A stretch of DNA of 63,986 nucleotides, counting the filler, from an uncultured bacterium (GTDB lineage Bacteria; DAOPZR01), in the NCBI GenBank assembly GCA_964637655.1. It is 5 parts of 5 records of this genome, joined end to end, with 100 filler letters (N's around TTAATTAATTAA, not from the genome) between each part and the next. Parts side by side here need not be neighbours in the genome. Positions count along the whole stretch, not along the records: positions 26,991 to 40,207 come from CAZWUZ010000085.1; positions 40,308 to 53,412 come from CAZWUZ010000086.1; 3 more parts are not named here. One strand, written 5' to 3'. The position numbers were made by a program, and so were the translations under genes. Below, in pieces: positions 38,630 to 47,292 of this stretch. Numbering within the stretch: position 1 is the first letter of the stretch; each line of letters opens with the position of its first letter. The notes below the pieces were generated by a model. It was not told the DNA's origin. It saw only the letters and a program-made list of their open reading frames with translations, and made no database searches.

Positions 38630-38699
38630 ATGATACCACAAACCGGACGGGTCGGCCAAAGCATACCTATTGACGGGGTGAGCGGGCAGCAGGTAGGAT
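38630..38699. promoter_or_regulatory. Divergent sigma70 promoters (pfkB-family gene / mutM)
   Basis: - strand TTGGCC-18-TATCAT ending 6 nt before the ATG; + strand TTGACG-18-TAGGAT. Confidence 0.5.
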
Positions 38700-38716
38700 A
38701 CGCGCGGAGGAACCGC

Positions 38717-39538
38717 ATGCCGGAACTGCCCGAAGTAGAAACCGTTGTCAGGGGGCTGCAGCGGCTGCGCGGACACTGTTTTGTGCGGGTCGGCATTCAC
38801 GCGCCGCGGCTGCGCCATGCGCTGCGGCCGCGCGATTTCGCCCCGGTTACAGGGGAGCGCATCGTGGCGGTGCGCCGCCGTGCCAAGTACATCATCATCG
38901 AGTGCGCCAACCGCGCGGCGCTGGTCTGCCATCTCGGGATGACCGGCTCGTTCCGTTTCGTCGCCTGCGCTGACAACCGCGGCAAACATGACCATATCGA
39001 CTGGCAGCTCGACGACGGCAGGTGCCTGCGCTACAACGACCCGCGGCGCTTCGGCAGAGCGGTGGTGGTGCACCTGGTGCGGCGCGGTGCCGATCCTGAC
39101 GTGCTGGCGCATCTCGGGCCGGAACCGCTCGGTACGCAGTTTGCCGCGGCGTATCTGTTCGCGGCCACGCGCGGGCGGTCAGCGGCTATCAAGCCATTTA
39201 TCATGGACCAGCGTGTCGTGGTCGGGGTGGGAAACATCTATGCCTCCGAGGCGCTGCATCGCGCCGGTATCCGCCCGGGGCGCCACGCGGGGAAGGTGAC
39301 GCGCGCGGAATGCGCGCGGCTGGTGACGGAAATCAGGCGCGTACTGCGCATGGCCATACGTGCGGGCGGGACGACCATCAGCGATTACCGCGACGCGGAC
39401 GGCAGCGAAGGGAAGTTTGATGTGCGCCTGCGGGTTTACGGGCGCGCAGGAGAAACGTGTGGCGCCTGTGGCGACATAATCCGCCAGCAGGTGCTTGGCG
39501 GCCGTTCCAGTTTCTACTGTCCCTTCTGCCAATCTTGA
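38717..39538 (+). CDS. mutM: Formamidopyrimidine-DNA glycosylase
   Basis: MPELPEVET, HLGMTG, DPRRFG, GVGNIYASE, C-terminal Zn finger. Confidence 0.97.
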   Translation: MPELPEVETVVRGLQRLRGHCFVRVGIHAPRLRHALRPRDFAPVTGERIVAVRRRAKYIIIECANRAALVCHLGMTGSFRFVACADNRGKHDHIDWQLDDGRCLRYNDPRRFGRAVVVHLVRRGADPDVLAHLGPEPLGTQFAAAYLFAATRGRSAAIKPFIMDQRVVVGVGNIYASEALHRAGIRPGRHAGKVTRAECARLVTEIRRVLRMAIRAGGTTISDYRDADGSEGKFDVRLRVYGRAGETCGACGDIIRQQVLGGRSSFYCPFCQS

Positions 39539-39546
39539 CGCGTGCG

Positions 39547-39588
39547 CATATTGCACATATTGCACACATTAGAATTATATGCTACCAT
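39547..39588 (+). promoter_or_regulatory. sigma70 promoter with a tandem CATATTGCA repeat over the -35
   Basis: TTGCAC(39560)-17-TACCAT(39583) in an AT-rich intergenic stretch. Confidence 0.5.
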
Positions 39589-39619
39589 ACGTGCAACATT
39601 ACGTTGAAAGCGGCAGGAC

Positions 39620-40207
39620 ATGGAAAGAGAAGGGCTATTCTACGACCTTATCGACCTTTTAGCCAAGGCGCTCGATTTCGATGAGGGGATAAAACTCAAT
39701 CACGGGCAGCGGGTGGCGGTCATCGCCTATGACATCGCGGCGATGCTGCAGCTGCCCGATCGTGTGCCGCTCTACCTCTGCGCGCTGCTGCACGACATCG
39801 GCGCCATCGGGCTGGCGGACCATATTGTGCACATTTCGCTGCGCAAGGAATCACAGTTGCGCGAAGTGGTGGACCACGCGGTGCGCGGCGGGCGGGTGTT
39901 GCGCCATGTGCCGTACCTGAAAGCGCATCGCCGATCCATCTATGAACACCACGAACATTACAACGGCACGGGCTACCCGCATGGCCTGTGCGGGGAGGCC
40001 ATTACGCTGCCGGCGCAGATCATCGGGTTTGCCGACCAGATTGACCTCGCGCTGCGGCGCGGGATCAAGCCCGCCGCGCTGCCCGACGAAGTGCGGGCCA
40101 TGCGCGACCGGGAATACGCCGCCATCGTCATCGATGCGTTCTGTGCCCTGCCGCGTCCGGTGCGCACCACCTACGCCAGCGACGCGGCGATGCGCACGCG
40201 GCACCGC
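39620..40207 (+). CDS. HD-GYP domain protein, 3'-partial
   Basis: HGQRVA, LLHDIG, HHEHYNGTGYP. Confidence 0.9.
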
Positions 40208-40307
40208 NNNNNNNNNNNNNNNNNNNNNNNNNNNNNNNNNNNNNNNNNNNNTTAATTAATTAANNNNNNNNNNNNNNNNNNNNNNNNNNNNNNNNNNNNN
40301 NNNNNNN
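40208..40307. other. Artificial contig linker
   Basis: N run around TTAATTAATTAA. Confidence 0.99.
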
Positions 40308-40433
40308 GAGATGCGTGCCATAGTGGTGGCAGTTCCATTCCCCCTCGAAATCGACCGCCAGTTCGGGCTGCTGCGCCATCTGCGCGCAGGCCGCGCGCAG
40401 CATCACGTCATCGGCAATCAGCGCGTGTGCCAT
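40308..40433 (-). CDS. Probable ribonuclease D, N-terminal fragment
   Basis: Manual translation MAHALIADDVMLRAACAQMAQQPELAVDFEGEWNCHHYGTHL (AVDxE ExoI motif); TGATG overlap with the upstream gene. Confidence 0.65.
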
Positions 40434-41041
40434 CAGCGCAGCTCGCGCAGGCGGGCGCAGAACGTCGCCTCGTCCTGTTCCTGCAGGTACGGGTTGTGCA
40501 TTTTTTCCTGTCCTAACGTCGCCGTGGGGGTGGTGCCGTACTCATGCCCGCTGTATACGATCAGGTCGTCAGGAAGCGTGCGCAGGTGCTGCAGCGAGCG
40601 GTAGAGTGCCGCCGCGTCCGGCGCGAACCCGCAATACCCGACAAAAAGCGTGTCGCCGGTGAAGAGACCGTCAGCAAAACGCAGGCAGACGCTGCCGGGC
40701 GTATGCCCCGGGGTGTGGATGACCGTCAGGCACGTCTGTCCGAAGGTGAAGGTCACGCCGCCGTCGAGCAACTGCACGTCGTGGCGCCCGCCCGCGTCCG
40801 CGGGGTGGATGCACACCGGCGCGCCGGTCGCCCGCTGCAGCGCGGCGTTCCCCTCCGTATGGTCGCGATGTCCGTGCGTGTTGAAAATATACCGTACCGT
40901 GATACCGTGCTGCCGCACCGCGGCGAGCAGCACCTCCGTATCGCCGCACGGATCGACGACAAACCCGTCGCGGGTGACGTCATCGCCTGCCGCGTAGGAA
41001 AAATTATCGTCCAGCCCGCCGGCGCGCACCTGCACGATCAC
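40433..41041 (-). CDS. MBL-fold metallo-hydrolase (glyoxalase II-like)
   Basis: THGHRDH, TPGHTPG, FTGDTLF, GHEY. Confidence 0.92.
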   Translation of the reverse strand: MIVQVRAGGLDDNFSYAAGDDVTRDGFVVDPCGDTEVLLAAVRQHGITVRYIFNTHGHRDHTEGNAALQRATGAPVCIHPADAGGRHDVQLLDGGVTFTFGQTCLTVIHTPGHTPGSVCLRFADGLFTGDTLFVGYCGFAPDAAALYRSLQHLRTLPDDLIVYSGHEYGTTPTATLGQEKMHNPYLQEQDEATFCARLRELR

Positions 41042-41589
41042 GGGGCACCCCCCTTGACCGTCACCGGCAGTCCGGCCACGACGAGGATGACGTTGTCCGC
41101 CGCGGCGGCGAGGCGCTGGTTGACCCGCCCGAGCAGGTCGCGATAGAGGCGCGTCAACGGCGTGTCGGGCACGATGCCGAGCCCGACCTCGTTGCTCACC
41201 AGCACCCAGCGCGCCGGGTGGGCGTCAATGAACGCCAGCAGCGCGTCGAGTTGCGTGTCGACCGCCTGCTGCGCGGCAGCCGCGTCGGGATGTTCCCCCA
41301 GCGCGAAGAGCAGGTTGTTGACCCAGACCGTCACGCAGTCGAGCAGCACAAAGCCCGGCGTTTCGCTCTGCCACGCCTGCGCCAGTGCGGCGGCCAGCTG
41401 TGCCGGTTCCTCGCAGGTGCGCCAGAACGGCGGGCGGGCGGCACGGTGTGCGGCGATGCGCGCGCGCATCTCGTCGTCGATGGCGACCGCGGTCGCCACG
41501 TAGAGCACGCTGCACCCCGCGTCGAGCGCCAGGCGTTCCGCCAGCGCGCTCTTGCCGCCGCGCGCACCGCCGAGGATAAGGGTCAGCAC
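41038..41589 (-). CDS. cobU: Adenosylcobinamide kinase / adenosylcobinamide-phosphate guanylyltransferase
   Basis: LILGGARGGKS, YVATA, EMRARIAAH, LLDC, VSNEVGLG. Confidence 0.95.
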   Translation of the reverse strand: MLTLILGGARGGKSALAERLALDAGCSVLYVATAVAIDDEMRARIAAHRAARPPFWRTCEEPAQLAAALAQAWQSETPGFVLLDCVTVWVNNLLFALGEHPDAAAAQQAVDTQLDALLAFIDAHPARWVLVSNEVGLGIVPDTPLTRLYRDLLGRVNQRLAAAADNVILVVAGLPVTVKGGAP

Positions 41590-41684
41590 CGGCAATACAC
41601 GGCGCCGGCAGTCGTGCCCTGCGGCGGCAAGTGATATTTTTCCCGCTTGCCGCCGCGCGCACCGCCAAGGATAAGAGAGAGCAT
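41551..41684 (-). repeat. Duplicated cobU 5' end giving a 33-aa mini-ORF (41684-41583)
   Basis: 30-nt direct repeat 41551-41580/41646-41675 with one mismatch; MLSLILGGARGGK versus VLTLILGGARGGK. Confidence 0.85.
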
Positions 41685-42163
41685 CAGTTGAGTTTCCAGA
41701 ACTCGGCATTGAGCAGCGACGCGAATGCCACCCAGATGAAATAGGGCGCCAGCAGCCAGCAGGCCGCGGGCGTGAGCCGGTAAAACGCCACCATGGTCGC
41801 AGCGATGGCCGCCAGCAGCAGGAAGATGACGATGAGCGCGCCGCCAATATTCCCCAGCCCGAAAAAGACGGGTGTCCAGAGCGCGTTGAGCAGCAGCTGC
41901 CCCGCGAAAAGCAGCAGCGCGCGGCGCACCGCCGCCGGCTGTGCGGCGTACTGCCGCCAGACCAGCCACGCGGCCACCGCCATCAGCGCGTAGAGCGTCG
42001 TCCAGACGGGGCCGAAGAGCCAGTTGGGCGGCGCGAACCACGGGCGAACCAGCGTGGCATACCACCCGGGAATGGCGTCACGCGTAAAGAGCGCACCGAA
42101 GCCCCCCGCGCCTTCGCACAGGAGGATGAGCCCGGTCAGGACAAGGATATCGCGCCGCGGCAT
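41684..42163 (-). CDS. tspO: TspO/MBR tryptophan-rich sensory protein
   Basis: WYATL-RPWFAPPNWLFGPVWTTLY, QLLLNALWTPVFFG, LLAPYFIWVAFA. Confidence 0.95.
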   Translation of the reverse strand: MPRRDILVLTGLILLCEGAGGFGALFTRDAIPGWYATLVRPWFAPPNWLFGPVWTTLYALMAVAAWLVWRQYAAQPAAVRRALLLFAGQLLLNALWTPVFFGLGNIGGALIVIFLLLAAIAATMVAFYRLTPAACWLLAPYFIWVAFASLLNAEFWKLN

Positions 42164-42182
42164 GAGCCCCTCCGCAGCCACT

Positions 42183-42911
42183 CTACCATATCCGCGCCAG
42201 CAGCGTCAGCGCGACGAGGGCAAGCGCTTCCGCCCCCTCGATGATGGCCCCGTAGACGTCACCGGTAAGCCCCCCGAGGCGCACGGTCGCCAGCCGCGCA
42301 ACAAGCAGCAGCGCCGCCAGCGACGCAGCGAGCGCGACCACCCCGGTGCGCCCGGTCAGCATCACGCCCGCGGCAAGCAACAGCGTGGCGAGCAGCACAT
42401 CGCGCCTGCCGATACCGGCGCGGAAGGTGTCACCCATCCCCTGCGGGCGCGCCGTCGGCCAGTACGTCGCGGCGAGCACCACCGCCCAGCGCGCCGCGGC
42501 GGGTACGATAATCAGCACCGCCAGGTCGCGCACCGCGGTGAGCGCGGCGAACTTCACCAGCAGCAGCAGGACCAGTCCGACCACCGCAAAACTGCCCGCG
42601 TGCGGATCCTTCATGATGGCGAGGCGGCGTTCGCGCGGCAGGGCGCAGAGCAGCGCGTCGCAGCAGTCGCCCCACCCGTCGAGATGCAGGCCGCCGGTGA
42701 GCAGCACCCAGAGCGCCAGTGTCAGCGCTGCGGCCACGGTTTCCCCCGCCAGCGCGCAGGTAAACGCGAAGCTGGCGGCGCAGAGCAGACCGATGAGCAG
42801 GCCGGCCAGCGGGAACCAGGCCATCGCCCTGCCGCGCGGGCGGCTGCCGTCATCATTCCCCGCCGGGAGGATGGTCAGCAGCGCCAGCGCGCGGCGCAGG
42901 TCACGAAACAC
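42183..42911 (-). CDS. cobS: Adenosylcobinamide-GDP ribazoletransferase (cobalamin synthase)
   Basis: LTGGLHLDG-DCCD, IMKDPHAGSF, GGLTGDVYGA. Confidence 0.95.
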   Translation of the reverse strand: MFRDLRRALALLTILPAGNDDGSRPRGRAMAWFPLAGLLIGLLCAASFAFTCALAGETVAAALTLALWVLLTGGLHLDGWGDCCDALLCALPRERRLAIMKDPHAGSFAVVGLVLLLLVKFAALTAVRDLAVLIIVPAAARWAVVLAATYWPTARPQGMGDTFRAGIGRRDVLLATLLLAAGVMLTGRTGVVALAASLAALLLVARLATVRLGGLTGDVYGAIIEGAEALALVALTLLARIW

Positions 42912-43956
42912 GGTCGCTCACCCCCGCGTCCCCGAAGGTCGCCATCTCGCCAAGGAGGCGCGCCGCCGCGTCGACGAAATGCATCGCCAGCACCGCCCCC
43001 GTCCCCTCGCCGAGGCGCAGGTCGAGATCGACGAGCGGGCGCAATCCGAGATGCGCGAGTGCCAGTGCGTGTCCCGTCTCCTGCGAGCGATGGCCGGCGA
43101 TGAGAAACTCCTTGAGCGCGGGGGCCAGCGTGCAGGCGATGAGCGCCGCCGCGGTGCTGATAAACCCGTCGACCACCACGGGGACGCGCGCCGCCCCCGC
43201 CGCGAGCATGGCGCCGGCAATGCCGCCTATCTCCGCCCCGCCCACCGCCTGCAGCACCGCGAGGCCGTCGGTCGGGTCGGGCCGGTGGCGCGCCAACCCG
43301 CGCTCGATGGCGCTGATCTTGCGCTGCAGCCCCGCCTCGTCCACGCCCGTGCCGCGCCCGGCAATCGCCTGCGGCGTCGTCCCGGTAATGGCGCAGATGA
43401 TGGCTGCCGACGGCGTGGTGTTGCCGATCCCCATGTCCCCGCAGGCGAGCAGGTCGAGCCCGCGCGCAATCTCCTCCTGCGCCACGCGCATGCCGAGTTC
43501 GAGCGTCGCGACCGCCTCGTCCCGCGACAATGCCGGCGCCTGCGTAAAATCCTGCGTGCCGCGCACCACGGGGGTGTTCAGCAGGTCGGGATGGTCGGGC
43601 AGGTCAGCCGCGACGCCGGCATTGACCACGCGCATGCGCGCGTGTGCCTGCCGCGCGAGAACGTTGACGGCCGCACCGCCGCGCAGGAAATTGAGCACCA
43701 TCTGCGGCGTCACCTCCGGCGGGAAGGCGCTCACCCCCTGCGCGACGACGCCATGGTCGCCGGCAAAGACGATGACCGCACGGCGCTGCGGCGGCGGCGG
43801 CGGACACTGCCCGGTGATGCCGGCGAGACGGATGCTGATGGCTTCGAGCTGCCCGAGCGACCCCGCGGGCTTGGTGAGGATGGCCTGGCGCGCGCGCGCG
43901 GCCTCCTGCGCGGCGCGGTCGGGCGTGCCGATACGGCTGATGGTCTGCTGCACCAT
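42901..43956 (-). CDS. cobT: Nicotinate-nucleotide--dimethylbenzimidazole phosphoribosyltransferase
   Basis: LTKPAGSLGQLE, FAGDHGV, MGIGNTT, RLGEGTGA. Confidence 0.96.
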   Translation of the reverse strand: MVQQTISRIGTPDRAAQEAARARQAILTKPAGSLGQLEAISIRLAGITGQCPPPPPQRRAVIVFAGDHGVVAQGVSAFPPEVTPQMVLNFLRGGAAVNVLARQAHARMRVVNAGVAADLPDHPDLLNTPVVRGTQDFTQAPALSRDEAVATLELGMRVAQEEIARGLDLLACGDMGIGNTTPSAAIICAITGTTPQAIAGRGTGVDEAGLQRKISAIERGLARHRPDPTDGLAVLQAVGGAEIGGIAGAMLAAGAARVPVVVDGFISTAAALIACTLAPALKEFLIAGHRSQETGHALALAHLGLRPLVDLDLRLGEGTGAVLAMHFVDAAARLLGEMATFGDAGVSDRVS

Positions 43957-44049
43957 GATGCTGCCTCCGGAAACGGGAACCCATTCTGACGGCAGCGGTC
44001 GGGAGGAATGTGGCGGCAGCAGCCGTAGCGTGCGGCAACTGTCGTCGCT

Positions 44050-44166
44050 CCCGGGCAGGTATCCTGACTCGCGACGAGGCGGCGCCACGCGCCGCAACGT
44101 CGCTTACAGTGGCACGACCGTGCCGGAATTGCACCGGCTTCCCCTGCTGGCGGCAGAATGCGTTGT
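44050..44166 (-). ncRNA. Cobalamin riboswitch (compact)
   Basis: Minus strand AGGGGAAGCCGGTGCAATTCCGGCACGGTCGTGCCACTGTAA...GAGTCAGGATACCTGCC upstream of cobT; anti-SD TTCCTCC in the leader. Confidence 0.92.
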
Positions 44167-44172
44167 GCGCGC

Positions 44173-44236
44173 ACGATAGCACGCAGTCGCGCGCGCTGTC
44201 AACTTTTTTGACACGCGCAGCGCCCTATGATAGCGT
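44173..44236. promoter_or_regulatory. Divergent sigma70 promoters
   Basis: TGTCAA-CTTTT-TTGACA; - strand TTGACA-18-TATCGT just before the riboswitch; + strand TTGACA-17-TAGCGT. Confidence 0.6.
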
Positions 44237-44256
44237 GGGGCAGGGAGAGGGAAACG

Positions 44257-44571
44257 ATGCGACCACGCCGACGGAGCAGAACGGTGAAAACCAGCCAGGT
44301 GTCGCCCGAGCGCACCATGGTCTTCAGCAACGACCTGATGCGGGTCATGGTGGAACTGACCGACCGCGGGGTCGCCATCGACAACATCCGCGATATCGTC
44401 ACCGCCGACCTCGTGCACCTCAACGGCATGCTGATGATGTATCCCAACCCCGCCTTCTACGCCTGTCTCGAAGAACGCTACCAGCTCAACGAGCGGCTGC
44501 TCCGGTACATCGAACAGCGGCTCAGCGAACTGGACGACGGCAGCACCGACCTGCGGCCGCCCCTCAACTGA
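44257..44571 (+). CDS. Hypothetical protein
   Basis: 104-aa ORF with GC3-biased codons and a purine-rich SD, upstream of truA. Confidence 0.65.
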   Translation: MRPRRRSRTVKTSQVSPERTMVFSNDLMRVMVELTDRGVAIDNIRDIVTADLVHLNGMLMMYPNPAFYACLEERYQLNERLLRYIEQRLSELDDGSTDLRPPLN

Positions 44572-44581
44572 TTTTTCCGCC

Positions 44582-45364
44582 GTGCCCCGTTTCCTCCTGA
44601 CCCTGCAGTTCGACGGCAGTGATTTCTGCGGCTGGCAGTATCAGCCCGGCGAACCGACCGTCCAGCACGAGCTGAGCCGCGTCCTTGCCCTGCTCTACCA
44701 TTGCCCGGTCAGTGTCACCGGCGCCGGGCGCACCGACAGCGGGGTGCACGCGCGGCAGATGGCGGCGCATTTCGACGGCGACGGCTTCCCGCCGGCCAAA
44801 CTGGCGGGCGCGCTCAACGGCAACCTGCCCGGCAGTATCCGCGTGCTCGATGCGCGCTCAGTACCGGACCGGTTCAGCGCGCGGTTCGACGCCACCTGTC
44901 GCGAATACCGCTACTTCATCTGGCAGGCGCCGGTCGCTTCACCCTTTACGGCACGGTACACATGGCATCACCCGCGCCCGCTCGACCTTACGGCCATGCA
45001 GGATGCCGCCGCGCGCTGGGTCGGCACGCATGATTTCGCCAACCTCTGTGGTGACGATCCCGATGAAAAAAACACCCTGCGCACTATACATGCCGCCCGC
45101 GTGACGGCAGATGGTCCGCTCCTCTGTTTCACCGTGCGGTCGCCCGCCTTCCTGCGCAGCCAGGTGCGCCGCATGACCGGCCTGCTGGCCGGAGTCGGGC
45201 GCGGCGACTGGCCGCCTGAAGCCGCCACTGAGGTTCTGACCGGCGCGATGACAAAACCGGGAAAACTGACCGCGCCGGCGCACGGACTCTTCCTCTGGGC
45301 CATCACCTACCCGGGCATCGACGTGACGATTCCTGATGCCGGTTTCCCGCCGCGCACCAGCTGA
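44582..45364 (+). CDS. truA: tRNA pseudouridine(38-40) synthase
   Basis: FDGSDFCGWQ, GAGRTDSGVHA, FSARFDA..R.YRY, GTHDF, TAPAHGLFL. Confidence 0.95.
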   Translation: MPRFLLTLQFDGSDFCGWQYQPGEPTVQHELSRVLALLYHCPVSVTGAGRTDSGVHARQMAAHFDGDGFPPAKLAGALNGNLPGSIRVLDARSVPDRFSARFDATCREYRYFIWQAPVASPFTARYTWHHPRPLDLTAMQDAAARWVGTHDFANLCGDDPDEKNTLRTIHAARVTADGPLLCFTVRSPAFLRSQVRRMTGLLAGVGRGDWPPEAATEVLTGAMTKPGKLTAPAHGLFLWAITYPGIDVTIPDAGFPPRTS

Positions 45365-45365
45365 C

Positions 45366-46487
45366 ATGCATACCGCGCGCACACGGCGGGGACTGCTGCT
45401 GCTCACCCTTGCCTGGACCGCGCTCGTCTGCGTCGTCTCACTGCAGGACACGGCGGCGCCATTCGGCGTATTGACCGGAGGGGCACGCTTCGTCGCCGAC
45501 AATTTCGACCGTTTCTCCTACCTCTACCGCGGGCAATGGGCGCTGACCGGCGGCATTCCCTACCGCAGCCACTATTCCGATTATCCCTTCCCCATGACGC
45601 TCTACTACGGGCTGCCGCACCTGCTCATCCCCGCCCCGCACCTGCGCGCGCTCTTCTTTCCGGTCAGCAACTGGTTCTGGTTCGCCGCGCTGCTCGCCTG
45701 CGCGCTCCCCGCCACTGCGAACGCGCGCACGTTCTGCATCTTCTGGGCGCTGCCGACCACCTGGTATTTCGTCGCCAACCGTTTTGATATCATCCCCGTC
45801 ACACTCAGCGCCGCGGCCCTGCTGCTCCTGCCGCGCCGTCCCGCCGGTTCCGCGCTGCTGCTGGCGCTCGCGGTCAACGTCAAGTGGTATCCCGCCGCGC
45901 TGCTGCTCCCCGCGCTCGCTTTCCTGCGGGCGCAGGGCGCGTCGTGGCCGGCACTGCTGCGCTATGCCGGCATCGTCATACTGGTCACCCTGGCGCTGCA
46001 CGCCGCCGCCTTCGCGCTCGCCGGCAGCGCCTCGTTCGACGCCTACCGTTTTCATCATGAGCGTCCCGTCGAGAGCGCCTCGCTCTACGCCCTGCTGACG
46101 CTGCTGCTCCCCGGCGCCTTTGCCGACTGCCTGAGCTACGCCGCCTGGCTGCTTGCCCTGCTGCTGCCGCTCGCACGTCCGCCCCGCACGCAGCCCGCGC
46201 TCCTCGCGCAGGGCGCGGCCTGTCTCATCCTGCTCATCGCGGGCAGTCGCATCTATTCGCCGCAGTGGCTGCTCTGGTATGGCGCGCTCGCCGCGCTGGT
46301 GCTGACGGAGCGGCGCGACCTGCTGCTGCTCGCCGGCGTGTCACTCGCCACCTACCTGCGTTTTCCCGTCTGTTTTGATCTGTGGGGCGATGCCGCCGCA
46401 CACCGCCTCGCGGCGGCGCTGGTCTGGCTGCTGAACGGCCTGTTGCTGCGGCGCCTGCTGCGGCGCCGGGAAACGCCTACTCCGTGA
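45366..46487 (+). CDS. GT-C fold membrane glycosyltransferase (GT87-like)
   Basis: PY...DYP, NRFDI, VKWYP, SPQWLLW; multiple TM helices. Confidence 0.7.
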   Translation: MHTARTRRGLLLLTLAWTALVCVVSLQDTAAPFGVLTGGARFVADNFDRFSYLYRGQWALTGGIPYRSHYSDYPFPMTLYYGLPHLLIPAPHLRALFFPVSNWFWFAALLACALPATANARTFCIFWALPTTWYFVANRFDIIPVTLSAAALLLLPRRPAGSALLLALAVNVKWYPAALLLPALAFLRAQGASWPALLRYAGIVILVTLALHAAAFALAGSASFDAYRFHHERPVESASLYALLTLLLPGAFADCLSYAAWLLALLLPLARPPRTQPALLAQGAACLILLIAGSRIYSPQWLLWYGALAALVLTERRDLLLLAGVSLATYLRFPVCFDLWGDAAAHRLAAALVWLLNGLLLRRLLRRRETPTP

Positions 46488-47292
46488 AGTGCGCCGGATA
46501 GCGCTGCCGCGCCGCCCGTACCATCTGGTCCCCCGCCGCAGCCACCAGGACAAACCGCGCGGTCTGCCCGCCGGGCATACGAAAACGCAGCCGATGTGAA
46601 ACCACGCGTCGCACCGTCAGCATCGTGTAGTGCACCGCCTCCGGTGCCATGCCCGATGCCAGCACCGTCAGCACACGTCGTGCGCGGCGTGCCAGGAGCG
46701 CACTCTGTGCCCCGGTGATACCCGCGAGCAGCAGGCAGAGGCCGGCCGCTACCAGCGCCAGCGTCGGCGCCTGCGGCGACACTGCGGTCAGCAGCTGCCG
46801 CGCCGCCATCGCCCCGCCCGCCAGCAGCAGCCATGCCCCTGTCCCGAGCCATTGCAACAGGTTCTGCTGCCGCGCCGCTCCGCGCAGCAGGTGCAGCAGT
46901 TCATCGTCGACCGCCGGTACCGCCAGCGCAGCGCGCAGGGCGGCAGCGTCCGCCGCCACACCGCACTGCCGCAGCAGTTCTTCCGCGCGCACCGCGTCGG
47001 GCTGCACGGCATGCGCGCGGCCAAGCGCGTCCGCCAGCGTCGCGTCCTCTTTCAGCCAGGCAAAAAGATTGCGCGCCCCGTCACGCTGCTCCGGCAGTTC
47101 GAGACACTGGTCACCCCGGGCCAGCACGAAACGGGTCAGTGTCCGGCGTCCGTCCGCCTGTACGCCTTCCGTGCCATGTGCGCGCCAGAGTGCCGTCAGT
47201 CCGTCAGCCGGTTTTTCGCCCTGCGCCTCTATCGATGGCGGCGTGTCACGATCAAACATATCGTGCGCCTGCAGTGTCCAGCGTTCAGTCAT
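46477..47292 (-). CDS. Hypothetical membrane protein
   Basis: Two TM segments; overlaps the end of the upstream gene. Confidence 0.5.
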   Translation of the reverse strand: MTERWTLQAHDMFDRDTPPSIEAQGEKPADGLTALWRAHGTEGVQADGRRTLTRFVLARGDQCLELPEQRDGARNLFAWLKEDATLADALGRAHAVQPDAVRAEELLRQCGVAADAAALRAALAVPAVDDELLHLLRGAARQQNLLQWLGTGAWLLLAGGAMAARQLLTAVSPQAPTLALVAAGLCLLLAGITGAQSALLARRARRVLTVLASGMAPEAVHYTMLTVRRVVSHRLRFRMPGGQTARFVLVAAAGDQMVRAARQRYPAHFTE

